From Macrostomum lignano (lineage: Eukaryota), in the NCBI GenBank assembly GCA_002269645.1, contig NIVC01002040.1, forward strand, positions 124,001 through 188,000: a stretch of DNA of 64,000 nt. The letters run 5' to 3'. A program made the position numbers and the translations under genes. Every line of letters begins with the position of its first letter. Position 1 is the stretch's first letter. The notes beneath the pieces are model-generated. The model saw only the letters and a program-made list of their open reading frames with translations, was not told the DNA's origin and ran no database searches. Below, one piece after another: positions 1 through 13,424 of the stretch.

Positions 1-3000
1 GCAGCTTTCTGTAGGAGCATTCTACTTTAGTAAAGTGTACCCATTCTAAAATAAGCTGTTTTTAATGTGTCCCAACAAGTCTCTGTGCAGTGTGTCATCC
101 GTTTGCCCATCAATTTGTTCTGGAGCCCTTTATTAATTGAGTTCTTTAGGTGACTTAACAAATGCGGAAAAAACTAGACACACACACACAGTGGCCCAAC
201 ACTTCGTGTCCCAATAATTGCTAGGAAAAATGCACTGCAGTGTTTAAGCATCTCCTCTGAGGGGCCCTTGCATGCATAGCTATAGAAGCTGCTAAGACCC
301 GATCTGAGAGTTAAAAGTACAAAAAGTTATAACGCTTCTAGACACGAAAACGAATGCAGCCACAGCATGAACTAACCTTTCATTGAAGCTTCTGCTTAAG
401 ACTTTGATGCTGTGAAGCATTCTGGCATCTAGCATTACTCTCGTAGACTATTAGCTGCTCTCCTGAGTTCGAAGCTGACAGGTCCGTTGCAGTCGGCATC
501 GATTGAGTCGACTGCCAATTTAGTCAATGGGTTTCGTTTCTTCTTTTCACTGGAACCTGTGGTGGGATTAGCAAAAGATCGATTTCGCATATCTGTTTAG
601 TGATTTCAAGGACGACAAAATCATTCTTCTCTGCATGTCAGCTCCAGAAGATGCTAGTTTGCTTGCAGCTTTCTGTAGGAGCATTCTACTTTAGTAAAGT
701 GTACCCATTCTAAAATAAGCTGTTTTTAATGTCCCAACAAGTCTCTGTGCAGTGTGTCATCCGTTTGCCCATCAATTTGTTCTGGAGCCCTTTATTAATT
801 GAGTTCTTTAGGTGACTTAACAAATGCGGAAAAAACTAGACACACACACACAGTGGCCCAACACTTCGTGTCCCAATAATTGCTAGGAAAAATGCACTGC
901 AGTGTTTAAGCATCTCCTCTGAGGGGCCCTTGCATGCATAGCTATAGAATCTGCTAAGACCCGATCTGAGAGTTAAAAGTACAAAAAGTTATAACGCTTC
1001 TAGACACGAAAACGAATGCAGCCACAGCATGAACTAACCTTTCATTGAAGCTTCTGCTTAAGACTTTGATGCTGTGAAGCATTCTGGCATCTAGCATTAC
1101 TCTCGTAGACTATTAGCTGCTCTCCTGAGTTCGAAGCTGACAGGTCCGTTGCAGCGGCATCGATTGAGTCGACTGCCAATTTAGTCAATGGGTTTCGTTT
1201 CTTCTTTTCACTGGAACCTGTGGTGGGATTAGCAAAAGATCGATTTCGCATATCTGTTTAGTGATTTCAAGGACGACAAAATCATTCTTCTCTGCATGTC
1301 AGCTCCAGAAGATGCTAGTTTGCTTGCAGCTTTCTGTAGGAGCATTCTACTTTAGTAAAGTGTACCCATTCTAAAATAAGCTGTTTTTAATGTGTCCCAA
1401 CAAGTCTCTGTGCAGTGTGTCATCCGTTTGCCCATCAATTTGTTCTGGAGCCCTTTATTAATTGAGTTCTTTAGGTGACTTAACAAATGCGGAAAAAACT
1501 AGACACACACACACAGTGGCCCAACACTTCGTGTCCCAATAATTGCTAGGAAAAATGCACTGCAGTGTTTAAGCATCTCCTCTGAGGGGCCCTTGCATGC
1601 ATAGCTATAGAAGCTGCTAAGACCCGATCTGAGAGTTAAAAGTACAAAAAGTTATAACGCTTCTAGACACGAAAACGAATGCAGCCACAGCATGAACTAA
1701 CCTTTCATTGAAGCTTCTGCTTAAGACTTTGATGCTGTGAAGCATTCTGGCATCTAGCATTACTCTCGTAGACTATTAGCTGCTCTCCTGAGTTCGAAGC
1801 TGACAGGTCCGTTGCAGCGGCATCGATTGAGTCGACTGCCAATTTAGTCAATGGGTTTCGTTTCTTCTTTTCACTGGAACCTGTGGTGGGTTAGCAAAAG
1901 ATCGATTTCGCATATCTGTTTAGTGATTTCAAGGACGACAAAATCATTCTTCTCTGCATGTCAGCTCCAGAAGATGCTAGTTTGCTTGCAGCTTTCTGTA
2001 GGAGCATTCTACTTTAGTAAAGTGTACCCATTCTAAAATAAGCTGTTTTTAATGTATCCCAACAAGTCTCTGTGCAGTGTGTCATCCGTTTGCCCATCAA
2101 TTTGTTCTGGAGCCATTTATTAATTGAGTTCTTTAGGTGACTTAACAAATGCGGAAAAAACTAGACACACACACACAGTGGCCCAACACTTCGTGTCCCA
2201 ATAATTGCTAGGAAAAATGCACTGCAGTGTTTAAGCATCTCCTCTGAGGGGCCCTTGCATGCATAGCTATAGAAGCTGCTAAGACCCGATCTGAGAGTTA
2301 AAAGTACAAAAAGTTATAACGCTTCTAGACACGAAAACGAATGCAGCCACAGCATGAACTAACCTTTCATTGAAGCTTCTGCTTAAGACTTTGATGCTGT
2401 GAAGCATTCTGGCATCTAGCATTACTCTCGTAGACTATTAGCTGCTCTCCTGAGTTCGAAGCTGACAGGTCCGTTGCAGCGGCATCGATTGAGTCGACTG
2501 CCAATTTAGTCAATGGGTTTCGTTTCTTCTTTTCACTGGAACCTGTGGTGGGTTAGCAAAAGATCGATTTCGCATATCTGTTTAGTGATTTCAAGGACGA
2601 CAAAATCATTCTTCTCTGCATGTCAGCTCCAGAAGATGCTAGTTTGCTTGCAGCTTTCTGTAGGAGCATTCTACTTTAGTAAAGTGTACCCATTCTAAAA
2701 TAAGCTGTTTTTAATGTGTCCCAACAAGTCTCTGTGCAGTGTGTCATCCGTTTGCCCATCAATTTGTTCTGGAGCCCTTTATTAATTGAGTTCTTTAGGT
2801 GACTTAACAAATGCGGAAAAAACTAGACACACACACAGTGGCCCAACACTTCGTGTCCCAATAATTGCTAGGAAAAATGCACTGCAGTGTTTAAGCATCT
2901 CCTCTGAGGGGCCCTTGCATGCATAGCTATAGAAGCTGCTAAGACCCGATCTGAGAGTTAAAAGTACAAAAAGTTATAACGCTTCTAGACACGAAAACGA

Positions 3001-4295
3001 ATGCAGCCACAGCATGAACTAACCTTTCATTGAAGCTTCTGCTTAAGACTTTGATGCTGTGAAGCATTCTGGCATCTAGCATTACTCTCGTAGACTATTA
3101 GCTGCTCTCCTGAGTTCGAAGCTGACAGGTCCGTTGCAGCGGCATCGATTGAGTCGACTGCCAATTTAGTCAATGGGTTTCGTTTCTTCTTTTCACTGGA
3201 ACCTGTGGTGGGTTAGCAAAAGATCGATTTCGCATATCTGTTTAGTGATTTCAAGGACGACAAAATCATTCTTCTCTGCATGTCAGCTCCAGAAGATGCT
3301 AGTTTGCTTGCAGCTTTCTGTAGGAGCATTCTACTTTAGTAAAGTGTACCCATTCTAAAATAAGCTGTTTTTAATGTGTCCCAACAAGTCTCTGTGCAGT
3401 GTGTCATCCGTTTGCCCATCAATTTGTTCTGGAGCCCTTTATTAATTGAGTTCTTTAGGTGACTTAACAAATGCGGAAAAAACTAGACACACACACACAG
3501 TGGCCCAACACTTCGTGTCCCAATAATTGCTAGGAAAAATGCACTGCAGTGTTTAAGCATCTCCTCTGAGGGGCCCTTGCATGCATAGCTATAGAAGCTG
3601 CTAAGACCCGATCTGAGAGTTAAAAGTACAAAAAGTTATAACGCTTCTAGACACGAAAACGAATGCAGCCACAGCATGAACTAACCTTTCATTGAAGCTT
3701 CTGCTTAAGACTTTGATGCTGTGAAGCATTCTGGCATCTAGCATTACTCTCGTAGACTATTAGCTGCTCTCCTGAGTTCGAAGCTGACAGGTCCGTTGCA
3801 GCGGCATCGATTGAGTCGACTGCCAATTTAGTCAATGGGTTTCGTTTCTTCTTTTCACTGGAACCTGTGGTGGGTTAGCAAAAGATCGATTTCGCATATC
3901 TGTTTAGTGATTTCAAGGACGACAAAATCATTCTTCTCTGCATGTCAGCTCCAGAAGATGCTAGTTTGCTTGCAGCTTTCTGTAGGAGCATTCTACTTTA
4001 GTAAAGTGTACCCATTCTAAAATAAGCTGTTTTTAATATGTCCCAACAAGTCTCTGTGCAGTGTGTCATCCGTTTGCCCATCAATTTGTTCTGGAGCCCT
4101 TTATTAATTGAGTTCTTTAGGTGACTTAACAAATGCGGAAAAAACTAGACACACACACACAGTGGCCCAACACTTCGTGTCCCAATAATTGCTAGGAAAA
4201 ATGCACTGCAGTGTTTAAGCATCTCCTCTGAGGGGCCCTTGCATGCATAGCTATAGAATCTGCTAAGACCGGATCTGAGAGTTAAAAGTACAAAA
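1..4295. repeat. Tandem satellite, ~662-bp unit, ~6.5 copies visible (begins before the window)
   Basis: Anchor GCAGCTTTCTGTAGGAGC recurs at 1, 665, 1326, 1988, 2650, 3310 and 3972 (periods 664/661/662/662/660/662). Units differ only by small indels and SNPs, including an internal (CA)n. The array breaks at about 4295. The identical 61-aa ORFs are by-products of the repeat. Confidence 0.97.
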
Positions 4296-5489
4296 CTTAT
4301 CATTTTTGTGGTTGGACACGTAGGCTATTGAATGTCAATGGATTCAGACGAAATGTCAAATTTTACTCAAAGCTTTTACAGCCTACCGGTTAAAGTCGAC
4401 GGATCCTTTGGCAATTACGCCACATGGCAGTTGATCAAAGGTGATATACCTGAAGTAAAGGTAGGTACTGCTTAGCAGGAGCAGTATTTTTTATAGCATT
4501 TAAATATAAATGCTTCTTGTTTCCGACAAAGTTTTTTAATACCACTTACATGTTTCTCGCTGTGCCATTCCATGCTGTTCTTTCCATACCATGGTGACTC
4601 GGGTGCCATGGCAGAGGCAGAGTTGACCATTGATTTCAGCATAGCGAGTACATGCCAATTTAGTTTTACCGTACGTTTGCGGGGTGGCGTCAATAATAGA
4701 CCAAAATAAATGTACACTTAACTAGCAAGGGGACTCTGGTAAATTGGAGCCATGTACACAGGGGGTAGGGCTTAGTCCTAACATGTACGGGGTAAGTCCT
4801 AATATGAGTGGGCTTTTGTAAACGACACTCTAGCACACAGTCCCAACAATTTATAGAATATCGAATGCGCGCAGCAGTCAATAGCATGAGTCCTAACAAG
4901 AGTGGGCTGTTGTATTCAACACTGCAACACTGTCCTAACAATTTAGTTCGTGTAGAGTACTGATGCCCATCACAGTCAGAAGTACATGTAAGCCCTTGTC
5001 ATTTCTTTAGGTTTATCTCCATCCAGAACCATCCTTTGACAATAAAATACCCTTAAAAGTATTTTGCTATGTTTTGCTATGTGTGTATTTAATGTATGCT
5101 ATGTATATAAGTCTTGAAACAAAGACTGCAGCAAATGAATGCGCTTGAAATCTACTATTAGTAAAAATATGAGAAAAAACCAATAAAAATATACGGGAGC
5201 AGATTAGCCATTTCAGTGTCCCAATAGTGATTTGGTCGAATTTTGTATCATTTTTCATTATTGGGACGCCAATTTTTGCCTAATTATGGACTCAGAAAGT
5301 AAAATTATTAAAAATGAGTTGCACCATCAAAAAGAGGCTGTCGAGCTGAATCCATAGAGTATTTTTTTGAGCTGCTATTGTAACTTTTTTGGAAGTGTTG
5401 GACGGACTTGATGGGACAGTCCCAACATTTTTTTTGGCCCAACAGCGCGGGTCCCGTTGTATGCGTATGGCCCAACATATGCCCCGTGC

Positions 5490-5493
<4 letters not shown>

Positions 5494-5551
<58 letters not shown>

Positions 5552-5562
5552 GCAGCAGCAGC
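5494..5562. repeat. Compound microsatellite (CA)n(CT)n(CAG)n
   Basis: Directly visible in the sequence. Confidence 0.95.
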
Positions 5563-5778
5563 AACTTAAGCTATTTTTCCATCCCGGAAGCTTAAATGTA
5601 GATATTTGCATCATAACTTATAACTGCCGACATTATGGAGTTCTGGTAAGCGCTTTAGCTTTGGCTCAGATGATTAATAACTACAAGCTAAGCTGACCTA
5701 AGTTTTTTATTATTGGATTACCTAATACTAGAAGTAGTTTTCTATTTCTGAGAAAGTTATTAAGCATAATCCATCTAG

Positions 5779-5992
5779 CGCAAGGCATTTCAGCAATTCC
5801 CTCCTCCCCGTGAGCCTTGGCATCTCAGCCATTCCCCCGTGAGCCTTGGCATCTCAGAAATTCCCCCACTCGTGAGCCTTGGCATCTCAGCAATTCCCCC
5901 ACTCGTGAGCCTTGGCACCTCAGCAATTCCCCCACTCGTGAGCCTTGGCATCTCAGCAATTCCCCCACTCGTGAGCCTTGGCATCTCAGCAA
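5779..5992. repeat. 33-bp minisatellite, ~6 copies
   Basis: Unit TCGTGAGCCTTGGCATCTCAGCAATTCCCCAC(T); gives an 11-aa periodicity in the spurious ORFs. Confidence 0.93.
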
Positions 5993-6388
5993 ACACGATT
6001 AGCTACTAATATAGATATACTCTGATATCCTTTCGCTTCTCTACTTTCACTTTGCTGTTCCAATGATAAGCAGCATCTTGTTATCCCTTTTATTTATTTT
6101 CTATCCAACCTGCTCAGCCAATACCAATCCCGTGGGAATGACACACACACACACACACACACACACATGCGGGGCATGCAGATCTTCTACATGCTGGAGT
6201 TTGCGTCTGTCCTTGATAATCTGTCTTCATCTGTGTGTCTGTCTCTATTCGGCAGATGCAGTAATGATACTGGCCTGACAGGATGCTGGATGCATATGTA
6301 AAGAGTGAGGTTAGAGGTGCCAACTTTCAGCTTTCGTGCTGGAGGTAACCGTCTTTTCTAGACTATAAGTAGCTAGATCTTAGTTATT

Positions 6389-6712
6389 TGTACATATGTG
6401 CTTGTACACTTGTGTTCTTGTACTGGATCTTGTACATATGTACCTGTACAGTCTTGTACTGGATCTTGTACATATGTACCTGTACAGTCTTGTACTGGAT
6501 CTTGTACATATGTACCTGTACAGTCTTGTACTGGATCTTGTACATATGTACCTGTACAGTCTTGTACTGGATCTTGTACATATGTACCTGTACAGTCTTG
6601 TACTGGATCTTGTACATATGTACCTGTACAGTCTTGTACTGGATCTTGTTCATATGTACCTGTACAGTCTTGTACTGGATCTTATACATATGTACCTGTA
6701 CAGTCTTGTACT
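6389..6712. repeat. 36-bp minisatellite, ~9 copies
   Basis: Unit GTACATATGTACCTGTACAGTCTTGTACTGGATCTT, containing the 12-bp palindrome GTACATATGTAC. Confidence 0.95.
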
Positions 6713-7444
6713 GATTCCTTGTGCATCCCTTTTATCTGTACAGCTATCATCTTGTACTGGTTCCTTGTAAATCTCATTTACCTGTACGGTTGTAACCTTG
6801 TACAGATAGGTACAGGATAGCGCAGATTGTACATGTACGAGTGTACACTGTAAAATGAAGTTCGTTTTCTATTTCATAAAATGTAATAGCACTATTGCAG
6901 TGTAAGAGTACATCTGTGCAACTTTTAAACGATAAAATAGTGTGCAATGCAAGATGTTTTAAAGAAAATAGTCATTGTATACCATTTTTAGTTAGTGGCG
7001 CAACTTTAGTGGGTGTAAATTCTTTTTTACATAGATACTATTATTATAATATAATCTGTACTGCCATACACAGGGAATTATTAATATTTGCTTACCAGTC
7101 CTTCTGGCGTCCTATTCGCCTATTCCCTTCCCTCGTCTCATTTAAACACAGCTCGGCCGCTGCACTGCACACAAACATCTGTCAGATTCGGGTTAGTGTA
7201 AGAACCGGCTGGCATATGTAAGCTAAAGCAGCGTTGATAAAGGAAATTGGACAAATTCCCTCTTGTGCTATACATGCCTAGATGTAGATCTATATGCTAG
7301 AGTTGTGTGATTGCTTTACTCCACACACTGCTGACAAAAAATCCATTCAAAACATCTTGTTCTCCCAAGAAACTAGCATTATTATAAACTGTATTGTTAC
7401 CCTCTTTGTTTCTATCTCTTCTCTTATTGGTGCTAAATTGGGGC

Positions 7445-7980
7445 TAAAACCTTGTCCGTGGCGCTTAAGTAGCGCTAAAACCTTCTCCGTGGCGCTAAAG
7501 TAGCGCTAAAACCTTGTCCGTGGCGCTAAAGTAGCGCTAAAACCTTGTCCGTGGCGCTAAAGTAGCGCTAAAACCTTCTCCGTGGCGCTAAAGTAGCGCT
7601 AAAACCTTGTCCGTGGCGCTAAATTGGCGCTAAAACCTTATCCGTGGCGCTAAAGTAGCGCTAAAACCTTGTCCGTGGCGCCAACCTAGCGAGCGCTAAA
7701 ACCTTGTCCGGGGCGCTAAAGTAGCGCTAAAACCTTGTCCGGGGCGCTAAAGTAGCGCTAAAACCTTGTCCGTGGCGCTAAGTAGCGCTGAAACATTGTC
7801 CGGGGCGCTAAAGTAGCGCTAAAATCTTGCTCGTGGCGCTAAATCGGCGCTAAAACCTTGACCGTGGCGCCAAATTGGTAAAACCTTTTCCATGGTGCTA
7901 GTTTGGTGTCAAAACCTTGTCCGTGGAGCCAAATGTTTAAAACCTTTTTCATGGCGCTAAACTACCAAAACCTTGTCTTA
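7445..7980. repeat. ~31-bp minisatellite, ~16 copies degenerating at the 3' end
   Basis: Unit GTGGCGCTAAAGTAGCGCTAAAACCTTGTCC. Confidence 0.93.
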
Positions 7981-8629
7981 TTATGTTACAATGATATTCC
8001 ATTCACTTTTGCTGCTTCAACCCTGGCTCGAATCTGGCTCGTGACCCCAAACATAACCAAATGAAAATCCTGACTACCCTGCTACATTAATTAGTGTAAA
8101 TTGACAGAAATGTTTGCCGCACTAACGTCAAAGTCCTTCCAGTCCAACGGGTGTTATTTTTAGTCGTCCATGGCCTAGCGCGTCTAGAAGTCCCCCCTCC
8201 TCAACAACAACATCTGCCACACGATTCCTTCTGAGCTTTTTTCTGCACTTCCCTGGCCCGAGGGGGGGGGTTATCTTGTACCGGCCTATCTGCGTGCAAC
8301 AACCAAGTGTGTGTTTTGCCTGCGCCATCCGGCGTATATCCTATTTATTATTGAATCGGAGGCTCCTGCCTGTTTTTCTTGCATTCCATCCACACGGTTT
8401 GGCTTCGGGGGTTCTTTTCAACTTTTTGTTTTAAAAGTGCATCTCGTGAAGTTGGATGAAGCTTGCTTGCTTGATCTGTTTGAAATTGAAGCAGGAAAGC
8501 TGATGTGCCCATTTGCACTGTCGAATACTGCGCCTACTATGTTACTACACTGCTACTATGTTGCTTCACCTGCTGTTTCTACTTGCCTCTTTCGGTTGCT
8601 TTCTGTACTTCAGTTGCGGCCATTCACAC

Positions 8630-9425
8630 GCTTCATTCCCTCTCCTCGCCTCTTCTTTGTCTCCTTTCCCCATCTCTTCTCCTCTTCTTTCCCCATCTCC
8701 TCTCCTCTCATTTCCCTATCTCCTCTCATTCCCCATCTCCTCTCCTCTCATTTCCCCATCTCCTCTCATTTCCTTATCTCCTCCCATTTTCCCATCTCCT
8801 CTCCTCTCCTTTCCCATCTCCTCTCCTCTTATTTCCCGATCTCCTCTCCTCTCATTTCCCTATCTCCTCTCCTCTTATTTCCCTATCTCCTCTCCTTCCC
8901 CATCTCCTCCTCTCATTTCCCCATCTCCTCTCTTCTCATTTCCCCATCTCCTCTCCTCTTATTTCCCTATCTCCTCTCCTTTCGCCATCTCCTCTCCTTT
9001 CGCCATCTCCTTTTCTCTTATTTCCCTATCTCCTCTCCTTCCCCCATCTCCTCCTCTCATTTCCCCATCTCCTCTCATTTCCTTATCTCCTCCCATTTTC
9101 CCATCTCCTCTCCTCACCTTTCCCCATCTCCTCTCCTCTCATTTCCCTATCTCCTCTCCTCTTATTTCCCCATCTCCTCTCCTCTCATTTCCCTATCTCC
9201 TCTCCTCTTATTTCCCTATCTCCTCTCCTCTTATTTCCCTATCTCCTCTCCTTCCCCATCTCCTCCTCTCATTTCCCCATCTCCTCTCCTCTCATTTCCC
9301 TATCTCCTCTCCTTCCCCATCTCCTCCTCTTATTTCCCCATCTCCTCTCATTTCCCCATCTCCTCTCATTTCCTTATCTCCTCTCCTTTCCCATCTCCTC
9401 CCCTCTCCTCTCTTTTCTCTCCCAT
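8630..9425. repeat. Pyrimidine-rich (CT) low-complexity repeat
   Basis: Variants of CATCTCCTCTCCTCTCATTTCCCC. The long S/P/L/F ORFs here are low-complexity artefacts. Confidence 0.93.
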
Positions 9426-12400
9426 CTGCATATATTTATGTATTTGAAAATTTAGCTCATGCGGAAAGCAACTAATTGGGGTCAGAAGGTCGAGTGTGTT
9501 GGGGCTGTAGCTTCTACATGTGTAAATGTGTTTTTTTATATAAAAAAAATAACCACACGATGAGCGATGGAAATTTTGGAGGCCGATTGTCACTGAGCTT
9601 AGTTACTGCTGAATTCTCCCCAACTGACCCCACAGCCGCTGCTGTCTCTCGCTTTCCTGCCTGCTTTCTGTCTCCTCCCCCAACCGTCACTCTTCCCTGC
9701 CATCCCTAGAGGATACATAAAAATGGCTAACAGAATAGATGACGTTGCTAAGAAGCTTGCCGCTCAGCTGCCTCTCTGGTCTTGAAACATGCATCTATCG
9801 AGTATGTATGTGTCAAGGTGCCTGCAAATTCCTAGTTATTATAGTCTTACCACAGTATACATTTAGTTACAGTAAAAATATGAAGAATATTACAATAATT
9901 AAGCGTATAATTATTAATTTAAAAAGTGGTTACGCAACACTTGATCCCATCGAACTGTCTAGATAAACCATAAACCTTCTTTAGTCACACTCTTTTGATT
10001 TTCTGATATAAATCATTTCTCTCAAATCGTTGAAGTCTCTGCCGATCAATCAATCGGCCAAAATTTAGAAAATTCATTATAACTGAGGAAAATTTAACGC
10101 CTCCAAGCGTGAAACAGAAAACTCCCCAATTTTTTCATTGCTTCAACTCCATTTAGAATGATTATAAAGGCTTGCTCTTTGTATTTATTGAAAAACTACT
10201 AGTCTTTTATTCTCTTTCTTTTCCTTCCCCAATCCCGTCCTCTCGCCTTGGGCTTCCTCGCTTCCTGAATTTCCCACGGACTTAAGCCCGACTGTGAAAG
10301 CTGCGCGCGCTGCTTTGGTGCAGAAAAAAACACTGATTGATGGCTGGTTAGACAGAATTATATATACTTACTTCTTTGCTAATTCAATATGTTAACGGCC
10401 ACACCCTGCATTTAGTATTAATCTAATTTTACAAAAAAGAGATTCTCAAGTACTGAGGGGATTTAAAGGCTTAATATTTTATTCATAGGGATTTTCTTGC
10501 ACTTTCTTGCACTCTCTGATCTCTCGCATTCATTTCCCAATTTTTTCTCTTACAATCTTCGCAACAACTATGCTTTCAATAGGGAGGTGGTGAAGTTTCA
10601 AAGCTTCTATCTATCTAGGATGATTGACACTAATTAAAGCCTTAGTCAGTCACCATCTTGTCAACAATGCGTCTGTTCTTGTCTGAAGTTCTAGTCTCCT
10701 TTACTACAGGTATTCTTTGAAGATGCCATAACGAATTTAGCGACCAAATTTCTTTTTAATCCTTAACGACACTCGTCATCAATAGTTGAAAACTGGGTAG
10801 GGAGTGAATATTGTATGGCTTGAAGCTGAATCTCGTGGGGATTTTGTTGCGTAATCGCTGCTTCTACTGATAAGATATTCGGCCAGCTCTTGTCGCACGT
10901 CGTGGCTACACCGCTTCAAGTTTTCTTTGTCGTGTGTCCTCCCTCCCCGCTAGTTTGATAAGTCGGCCTCAGTGCCTGCCAAAATCAATAAATATCGATA
11001 GAGTTGGGGGGGGGGTGTGTGTGGGGGTGATGAAAACTGTTTCCTAGGGTTTAGTGTGGGTAAAAATGTTCTCAAAACGTCTACGCAAGATACAACGTGC
11101 ATTGTCGAGATGTATTATCTTAACTGATGGCAATAAAGAGATTAGTGTTAAGCGAGGCGTGCAAAATGCTTCTTCTACAACCTCTTTGGCACACCAATGC
11201 GATAATGGCAAATCGGTCTTGGCAACTAAACAGAAAAAAGTGAAGAAATTCCTCTGGGAAAATAAATGCCTCTTTTTCTAGCTTGTCATTCGCGCGTTAA
11301 GGGAAAAGTGACGGGCTAAGTGGGAAGCTTGTTGAAAAAAAACATCAAGAAAGCGTTAGCAATAGCTTGCTAAGTGCAAGTGCTGCAGATGGTAGTTAGG
11401 CCTTTTTAAGACGCTTTTATATTTAACTATTTACACAAAATTTATGTAAAATGTAAGGGCAAAATATAAGTATGCAATATTTATAACAGTCTTAATACAC
11501 GGGCATGAAAATTGAGTTAAAAAGTTAGCCAGAAGATAGACAGGTAATGTATCGAATGTCTCTCTGATCTGTATTTCTGTCTTTTATATGCCATGCGTTT
11601 GTGAGCACTAGTAAGGATGTGTTTTATTAATATGTGGACAGGGTTTGAGGTGGGGGGACGCTCGCGCTTGTGATTGATACTGTGTATCGATTCCTCCGTT
11701 ATGGCCGACTCGCTTCTTGTGTGTGTAAACTAAACTATACGGCGCCTTCTTCCCCTTCCTCATGCTTAACTATCTTCAGCTTCTCTTCTTTTTGAGTTAG
11801 AGAGGAACGACGAAAGTTAGTACTGCTGCCTTGCAGGGATTCGAGAGGCAAAGCGAAGTGGCCTCTCTATCGGATAGCTGCTTTTTCGACTTGGACTTCC
11901 CATATCCTCCTGTCGCAGTCTTCTTCTATTCTCTTCCTTCCTGTCCCGCCTTCTTAGTCCTCTCTCTGCCTGTCTCATTTTCTCCTTTTACTGCTAAGTA
12001 TTGGTCGCCTTGCCAGCTAAGAGTTGCTAAAAAAGAAGTCAGCCAGTTTAACGCGCCGGAAAACTGGTGTGTTGGGATAAACGCTTCAGGAGTTTGCTAA
12101 AAAGCTTCTCTACTCTCAAGTCAGTAAAACGAAATAGAGGCGACGGGCATAGATGGATGAGGCTTAAGTGGGGTTGCCGGGTTTTTGACGGTCGCGAGCG
12201 AGAATTCCTCGCGCCGATGCGACAAAAACTGTGAGCGCGACGAAGTGCGGAATGCAAATTGGCTCTTAAATCTTCTTCGACTGCCTAAAACTCTGTTCGC
12301 CTTATAATATTCGCCTCGGCGCGCTTCTCTCGTTCAGGTTAAATTGAGCCGAATTGAGAAAATTACGCAAGCGTATAGTTGCCATGCATGGCCGTCCTAA

Positions 12401-12710
12401 TGGTAAATTGTATGCGATGAAAATTGAGGTCTCTGTTGCTTCTACTATCTACAGGGAGTTGCTGCAATCCAACTGTAATACTACATCGAAAAAGCGCGCA
12501 CGATAATTCGAAACTTGAATATAATAATAATTATTCTACGCGCTTAATCAACAATGAAAGCTTCAACAGAACAAAACACATGATGCCTGTCTGTCCAAAC
12601 TAATTTTACTACAAGCATTACGAGTATTGAATTTGGTTCATATGTAGACCAATAATTGATTCAATCAACGTTGTAACTACATCATTACGTCACAGTTGAG
12701 TTTCTTTCCT

Positions 12711-13424
12711 TCAAAGCGAAGTCGGTCCATCTTCGTCGTAGTTAAATCTGTCCTCAGCTGGTACATCGTTGTTAGCCATTTGATAGCCTTTGCGTTGGCA
12801 GTTAAGACTCGCCCGGCAGACGCAGGTCTCCATGGCTAGGAAAGCCAGCTGAACTCCAGCTAGCGTGATGCAGGCCAAACACATTAACAAATTGATGCTA
12901 TGCTTGCCTCGATCTGTAGTAGTTCTGGTTACTAATCTGGCGTATTGAGACACTTCGAACACTGTTGTCGCCAATAGTATTATGACTAACAATATACCGA
13001 TGATGCATGTCCACATGGCTGTTTCAATTACGCCCGGCGCTCGTCTAGCTGCTATCAGGCAGAGTACTCCTGGTAGAAGCAGGTAGACGCCAATTATTAA
13101 ACCCGAGCCATAGAGTACCGCCGCCGGCGGACTGCCGTACAGATCTAGACAGTCTAAATTAGCCAAGTAGCAGAAAAAGAATTGAAAGCTTTCTATAACA
13201 ATTAGTCCACTGGCTAAGACTAGTATGATGAACGCATTGAATACAAAATGATCTGGCGAGGTAAACCGTTGACGCCAGCCCCAGCGTTGCGGCTGACGTT
13301 GTCGGCGATGTCGAGAACTGGACGTAAGCGGCGTTGTCATTGTAGAAGCCGATGTTGATGCTACTCCGGCGCCTATTGCCGCAGCTGCTGCCGCTGCTGA
13401 AGAAGACGATGGCTGGCAGATCAT
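12711..13424 (-). CDS. Intronless four-TM membrane protein, CD20/MS4A-like topology (237 aa)
   Basis: ATG-to-stop ORF with four hydrophobic segments (FVFNAFIILVLASGLIVI; GLIIGVYLLLPGVLCLIAA; MWTCIIGILLVIILLATT; INLLMCLACITLAGVQLAFLAME) and polar termini. The family call rests on topology and loose motif resemblance only. Confidence 0.75.
   Translation of the reverse strand: MICQPSSSSAAAAAAAIGAGVASTSASTMTTPLTSSSRHRRQRQPQRWGWRQRFTSPDHFVFNAFIILVLASGLIVIESFQFFFCYLANLDCLDLYGSPPAAVLYGSGLIIGVYLLLPGVLCLIAARRAPGVIETAMWTCIIGILLVIILLATTVFEVSQYARLVTRTTTDRGKHSINLLMCLACITLAGVQLAFLAMETCVCRASLNCQRKGYQMANNDVPAEDRFNYDEDGPTSL

Noticed and set aside
1851-4020. Four identical 61-aa ORFs (MGFVSSFHW...)
   Set aside because: Consequence of the 662-bp tandem repeat. 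The frame is disrupted by an indel in units 1-2, and there is no recognisable domain.
4333-5040. Exon-like MSMDSDEM...PEVK|GTAGGT (+) and coding-like fragments on the minus strand
   Set aside because: No recognisable homology, no partner exon, and not UBR5-like; cannot be supported.
8015-8045. B-box-like GGCTCGAATC suggesting a tRNA or SINE
   Set aside because: No A-box or cloverleaf could be built; no tRNA, rRNA or snRNA was recognised anywhere in the window.
8311-9475. Three 316-378 aa ORFs rich in S/P/L/F/I
   Set aside because: All three frames are open because the CT repeat cannot encode stops; artefact. The same applies to 15185-15698, 24130-24399, 25520-26133, 39062-39645 and 63020-63930.
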